From Octopus sinensis (Eukaryota), in NCBI RefSeq assembly GCF_006345805.1, contig NW_021834684.1, positions 1 to 46,008 of the forward strand: a DNA stretch of 46,008 bases, in the 5' to 3' direction. The notes beneath the pieces were generated by a model. That model was not told where the DNA came from. It worked only from the letters and a program-made list of their open reading frames with translations, and did not search any database. Each line of letters starts with the position of its first letter. Within the stretch, counting starts at the first letter, position 1. Below, piece by piece: positions 39,271 through 46,008 of the stretch. Both the position numbers and the translations under genes were made by a program.

Positions 39271-40634
39271 GTTAGTATAAACTACACTTCTGTTCACTCT
39301 TTTCTCTTTATCTTTCTCTTCTTCTCTTTTTATTCCTCCCATTTTCTCTTTCTGTCGCCCCCTCTCTTTCCGTTCTCACACGGACACGCACGCACGCACA
39401 CTCAAGCAAATCATGTGATATATCACGTTTCAAACGATACCCTATAGAGACTGCACAAGACTGCTTACTCCTTCTAGGTATTTTGTCAATTCAGAATTTA
39501 AATGTTGTCTACTATGGACCAGGTGAAAATGTTGTTGTCTAACTACAGAATATAGATAATTCTACGTTAAATTACAGATAGGGACTAGACTGGAATCCAG
39601 TGTAGCGATCAAGGACTCCTGGCTGACTTGTATGGAGTGTAGATATCAAATACCGAGGCTGCTAAACTGGTGATCAAGTGTACTGGCTACGGATGGTGGT
39701 ATTGTACGTGAGTGACCAGAGCTGAAAAGTGGCACTTGACTATCATTAACTAGAGTGTCTATGATTGTCGTTATAGACTACGTTGAACAATGTCTCTTAG
39801 AACTGATGAATGAATGTATATGGTTATGTAATGAACGGAGAATGTACAATGTGGACTGGACAAACCATACACTGTAACTAATGAATAAAGCTAAGGGCGG
39901 TATGTATTATGCAAAATATGGAGGGACCAAGTACCACTGAGAGAACCCAAGTGAGTACATATTGTACTTCTATTCTTCTCCGCCTTACCGAAATCGTCCT
40001 ATCCCTCAAACCTTTCTGTTTCCATGCGTTACCTCCCCTCACTAATTGTCCAGTATATCTTTGTAAGGTAACGCCGGCACATCCAATTCAAAGCTACTGC
40101 TTTCCACATCTTCTCCAACCGACGTCGCATCCTTTGTGAATCTGCTCTCTATAAACCCTATACGTAACCTTTATCGGTCGCCCACTCCGCTCTCCATTCA
40201 TCTTAAGCACTACGCCATCAATGAGCTTCAAAATTCACCCCACATTAGTTCATGCTTTGCATGAAATAAAATCTGTGTGATCATAATATTATAGTATGTG
40301 GTAGGCCCGTCTCGTGGTAGGCCTGACTCGTACGAGACAAACCGTTGGATGTAGCCAGTCACACCCGTATGGTCGGCTAAACAGTATTTCATCCCCTCTT
40401 ACCCACCAGGTCTCTGCATCTCGCCGTCTCTCGTATTGTTCTACTCAAACCACATGCAATTCCCATCACCAACAATTTTCCCGTTCAAACGTGAACGACA
40501 TCTTTTCAATTTCGGGAAATCACGACCACATGCGTTAAAATCCCTTTCCTTTCTCCGTTTATTGACATCCACACACAAACATCTATCCCATGCAATACAC
40601 ATCACAACCACAAATACTGACTCGTAAACACACA

Positions 40635-40672
<38 letters not shown>

Positions 40673-40694
40673 CTATATATATATATATATATAT

Positions 40695-40909
40695 ATTCAT
40701 TTAAAATGTGACCGCCTGAGTACCGTTGGCGATTTTTTCCCTCCGTTTACCCTTCTTTGGATCTTCCTTTTCCTATGATTCTGACGAAGAGCTCGCCGCT
40801 CGAAACGATAAACACTCATTCTTTCCTTCTTTCATGGCGTCCAATAACACCTATAGTGTTCCAAGTCCTCGCAATATTGTGTTTTCTCTTTGTGTTTTTA
40901 TGCTTGGAT

Positions 40910-40913
<4 letters not shown>
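40695..40913 (+). mobile_element. Penelope 3' terminal fragment inserted in the copy 2 intron 3 microsatellite
   Basis: Absent from copy 1 intron 3 (~27260); homologous to ~35345-35560; flanked by (TA)n. Confidence 0.75.
40775..40815 (+). ncRNA. Minimal type I hammerhead ribozyme-like motif (degenerate)
   Basis: CTGACGA-A-GAGC-tcgcc-GCTC-GAAAC; the cleavage triplet reads GAT instead of GTH. Confidence 0.55.
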
Positions 40914-40964
<51 letters not shown>

Positions 40965-41197
40965 ATATATATACGAACAGAGAAAGAAAGAAAGACACAG
41001 CTGCGAACACATGCGCACTCCATACAGCAACACAACAGCTTACACTCATATAAAACACTAAAATATACACAACAATTCGTTCTCACGTGACTAAACATGA
41101 CTTCTTTTAAGGGTCAAACTGTTATGAATGTTTCCGTTATTTCATATATAATTTTTCCTCTTATCTTTTTTACTTGATTTATTCTTACCAATTCTAG

Positions 41198-41691
41198 GTG
41201 TGGTTGGTGGTCAATGGTTACGACCACACAGGTGGCGGAAGTAATCTCTTATGTCTACCTAACGATCCCATTTGGGCCAATTATACGACAGGAGCTGAAA
41301 AATCTGGTTACATTTATGGCAGTGAATATCAATTAGATTTATACCCAACAAATAAACTCTTTTCTTTTGCTAATGCTAAATCACTTCATGATCACAACGT
41401 TCCGTGCGCTGTCTGTTTGACACGACAACCTGCTGTTGTTATGATGTTACCAGCCAGGACACAGTGTTACCTGGTTGGACAATGAGTATTGGGGATATTT
41501 GATGTCGGGATTTGAATCATAAGGGCAGACTTGAATATGTGTGTGTGGATTATGCACCAGAAGCTGATCCAGCGGGTTACGGACGAAAATGGAGCTTTAT
41601 TATATTTCGTTCAGGCTGCTTTGGTTCATTGCCATGTCCACCGTATGTCCATGGTCAAGAATTAACCTGCGTTGTGTGCAGTAAATATTGA
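41198..41691 (+). pseudogene. Copy 2 exon 4 of the short-chain collagen C4-like gene with several small indels (pseudogene or sequencing error)
   Basis: Aligns throughout to 27495-27994; 494 versus 500 nt; frame lost after ...PARTQCY; homologous TGA at 41689-41691. Confidence 0.65.
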
Positions 41692-43155
41692 ATAGAAATT
41701 AAATTCGGTTCCATATAAAAAATGTCTGTGAATTACATAAATATTATAAAATTTCAATTGTTTTACCTAATATTTCTTTAAAGTATGTCTATCGTTACAA
41801 TAAACTGTTGTACTAGTTTACAGAAGATATTCAAACAATACAAAAGAGGCGACGTAGAATGCCAGAAATATCCTCAAAAACAAGAAAAATCTAAATCTGT
41901 CAAAATGATTCTAGAAAAATTTCGTAAGATTTCAGTTTATCAAACTTATCGTTGAAATAAAATGTTATTTTGTTAACAGTATTTTGTCTTCTGTCTCATG
42001 ATTCAACAAACCCCTATAAAGTACCACCATAGAATTATATCAGCTTTTCGTGCACAGCCTTAGAAAATCTAATACTCGACGCTACTATCTCAGACATCTT
42101 GCTTTTCAAATTACAACTCAGATTCTGACAAGGAGCCATGAACGCTACATTACATAGCACAGAACTTAACTGATTCTTTCAACAACAACCAGATACTTCC
42201 ACACAATACATTCTATTTCCGTATTAATAGGAAAGCTTTCCGATCCATTCCTACCCCATATCTTATAAAACCTATTTATCTTCAACTTTAAAATATCACA
42301 AAATGTTCAATTAAGCTTTCTGAGAATGTGGAATTTACACGATCAATCCCTCAAAAGACAGTATAAATGAGTATTGGTCCTGCCAACCTAAATTCTTATA
42401 ACAAATTTCCCACCTCTTTTCAAAATAGAAGATACAAAATGAAACTCGAAGCACACAAACATACACGTCATACACAAACCTGATATACAAGAATAAGAAT
42501 GAAATCAACCAGAGAAATTGCCTCATTTCAGCGACAGAGATCATCAAATACGACGATTTCTTTCACTCATCTACGTAAACATACCAGACTCGCAGAAAGG
42601 ATGGATCTAGAAGCTGAATACATTTCATGCGAAACGAATACAACACCATAAAAGTGAGAGTAAAGAGAGCAAATATAGTCAGGGCAAGCACGGATGCTGT
42701 GTTGTAAGAAGGCTGAGGGTTGTGACCGTCACGTTATCCAATAGGATTCATGACAGTATGTTGGAGTGTGTCGAATATTTGTTAGATAAACGAAGGGTTC
42801 GGTTAACAGCATCAAGCTGCAATAAAGATTAAAGATTATTAATGTTTACTATCCCACTATTATTAGTCTAATGGTAAAACTGCATTCGCTTCTCTAGATA
42901 ACAAATATTTTCCCGGGCTGTAAATCGTAAACGAATGATAGAATTTATTCACCCGAGCTGGTAGATCGTTCAAATGTTTAAGCTGTACAGAGCATCGCCA
43001 GCTGCATATGCAACCCGCCATTACGATAGGAAAAATTATGGGACTTTGTTGTTGAAATCTGACATGGCAGTAAGATTTATTTTGTAGCTTATTTGAAATT
43101 AACCTATTTCGAGGGCCAAACGAGAGTGTATGTTACACACACACACACACACACG

Positions 43156-43230
<75 letters not shown>

Positions 43231-45151
43231 TAAATTTGGTCATCAAACTATATCTGAGGGGTCTAATATGCTTCATCTAAGAATATTTAATCATAACTAT
43301 GGAATTCCGTCGTACATATGCAGTCCATACGGAAGGTGCACTGCGAATTGAGTTTCAAATGGGAGACACTGTACCTTTATGTTTTGCTATGATTTTTAAA
43401 ACAAGAAGAAAAATATTCAAAGCTAGTGACAATTTACTAGCTAAAAATATGATGGAATGTCATTATTCGGTTTTAATAGAATATTTCTGGTCAACAGAAA
43501 GAGAGACGGCTTCTAACTTAGTTCCAAGTATCTTTCATTGGAATTTCAACAACATGAACAGGATAATGTTGTATGCATGTATGTATGTATATATAAATGT
43601 ATGTATGTATGTATGTATATATGTATGGATGTATGTATGTATGTATGTATGTATGTATGTAGTATGTATGCATGTATGTATGATGCATGTATGTATGTAT
43701 GTATACATGTATGTATGTATGTATGTATGCATGTATGCATGTATGTGTGTATGTATGATGTATGTATGCATGTATGTATGTATGTATGTCGTATGTAGCA
43801 TGATGTATGTATGTATTGTATGTATGTAAGTATGTATGAGGTCTGCATGTATGTATGTATGTATGTATGCATGTATGTATGTATGTATGTATGTATGTCA
43901 GGGTCACTTTCGAGTGCTACTGGTAAACATGTAACCCAGTACAACCTGTTGCATTGTCGGGTCGTCGGCGACCTAAACCGGCAACCCACCAAGCTTGATT
44001 GGTGAGGAGGGAGTTTATTGGACACCCTGCGGGATGAAAGACAAAACCCGTCAAAGAGCGAGGAACTCTTGAGATTCAACGGCCATCCAATGTATGTCTT
44101 AAGGCTGTATCATGCGCGGGGACATAGAAATAATCGGACTGAATACCCGATCGCGCGGTTAAACCATTGGGAGTGAAGGACTCCTCAGACTTTGTTAGGG
44201 CATCCTTCTAGGAGAAGGTAATTCAGGTAACCGGGATAACTGATATATAAAATCTGCGGCTCAGTGGTTACCGATATGTTGACTTGTTCTTCTTTTCGGA
44301 TTATGGCTGCTGTTGCTTAGTGACTGGGATCGACACGGTGCACAGCTTTTCCTCACTATAAAAAAAATCTTTATGAACAGGCATTGCAAGATAACAACAT
44401 TGATTAAGCTTCGTGCAATGGCCCTACTCGATAACGAAGGGGCAGCCACCAAGTATGTATGTATGTATGGATGGATGGATGGATGTAAGTATGTATGCAT
44501 GTATGTATGGATGTAAGTATGTATGTATGTATATATGTATGTATGTGTATATGTGTCTATCGATATATACATGCTTACGTTCAAACATACATGCATGTAT
44601 ACATGTATACATACATACATGTTTGTATAAATATATGCATACATGTATGTATGTATGAAAGTATGTATGTATGTATGTAAGTATGTGTGTGTATGTATGT
44701 ATGTTGTATGTATGTATGTGTGTATGTATGTGTGTATGTATGTATATATATGTGTGTATATGTAAGTATATATGTATGTATGGGGGTATTTATGTATGTT
44801 TATATGTATATATATACGTGAGTGTGTATGTATGCATGTATGTATGTATGTATGTATTTGTGTATGTATGTATGTATGTATGAATGTATGCATGTATGTA
44901 TGTATGTATGTATGTATGTATGCATGTATGCATGTATGTATGTATGTATGTGTGCATGTATGTATGTATGTATGTGTGCATGTTTGTATGTATATATGTA
45001 TGTATGGGTGGGTGTGAATTGGTAGGTTTTGATTTTGATATTCTCATAAAACTTTTCTAATCAGATTAACGCTTGTGAAGAATCCAATCCGAACAGCGGA
45101 CTTCATTAGATTAAGTCTTGCGATTGTGTCAGTGTGTGCTTGTGTGTGTGT

Positions 45152-45200
<49 letters not shown>

Positions 45201-45633
45201 CGTGTGTGTCTGTCTATTTGTTGATTGAACGAAATATTTCCCACACTGAATATTAAAACAGTTTCCCAAGAATAACAAATAAAATTAAATAACAACATTA
45301 GTAAAAAAACGTATCATAATATATCCAGAAACAGGAATCATTTCACTTTACACGTGTCTCTCATTCATCAAAATATTTTGCTAATTATTGTGTGACAATA
45401 TCAAACCATCTCTTTCCAATAATTAAACCAGTCAGACAAGTTCACACCCGCTTTTACAGTTCCACCAATCGCATTGGTTCATAAATTTACGATAAGATCT
45501 CTGCCAGAGCTGGGTTGTTGTGCGCTCAATAAATACGTGGAATTCAGTTACAGGTCTTCAGCTTAAACCTCGCATCTCGATCTTTTGTTGAAGCCACACG
45601 AAGTATCACGTACGACCGACAACTGTCACCAGA

Positions 45634-45777
45634 ATGGATTTCGCACAACTGTCCAGGAATATTTCGCAGCGTTATTCCATTTCTTCTCTCATAGCTTTTG
45701 CGGTTCTTCTCGTTCTGACGATCGTGATTCTTCATCAAGATTCAAGAATAGGAAAAATGGAAGAGAAATCGAAAACG
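45634..45777 (+). CDS. Copy 3 exon 1 (the rest lies outside the window)
   Basis: 48 intact codons, one amino-acid difference from copy 2 (G>A), GTAAGT donor. Confidence 0.8.
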
Positions 45778-46008
45778 GTAAGTCATGGATTTTATGTTAA
45801 TATATGTATGTCTTTATGTATTTATATATGCATGTATGTATGTATGTATGCATTTACGTATGTATGTATTAATATGTGGATGTATGTACGTACCGATGGA
45901 TGGATGGATGTAAGGATGTATGCATGAATCACGTACATATGTCCCTATGGAGCACACACGCACACATAAGATCACACTCGTAATCACACACGAACACACA
46001 TCGCACAA

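Overview
Eukaryotic, AT-rich, microsatellite-dense genomic DNA. The SINE and LINE repertoire points to a cephalopod, probably Octopus (inference). The backbone is a head-to-tail (+ strand) array of a spliced gene. It encodes a ~250-aa protein with a probable type II membrane anchor, a short stalk and a spongin/short-chain collagen C4-like (collagen IV NC1-related) domain, but no collagen triple helix. Copy 1 spans 2985-27994 and has two alternative exon-2 versions. Copy 2 spans 32230-41691, and copy 3 starts at 45634. The paralogues differ in clustered patches inside an otherwise near-identical domain. Intron 1 of copy 1 holds an antisense stack of decayed retroelements: Penelope-like, HERO-like and a near full-length Tx1/L1-like element. 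The window also contains Helitrons, mariner remnants, a CR1-like relic, tRNA-derived SINEs and a ~165-bp higher-order tandem repeat. The notable RNA-structure signals are an array of covarying hairpins with an invariant GAAAGA loop in the HERO 5' UTR, a scrambled hammerhead-core pseudoknot in the HERO 3' UTR, and Penelope-linked minimal hammerheads. Many 1-nt indels look like long-read errors, so pseudogene calls are tentative.
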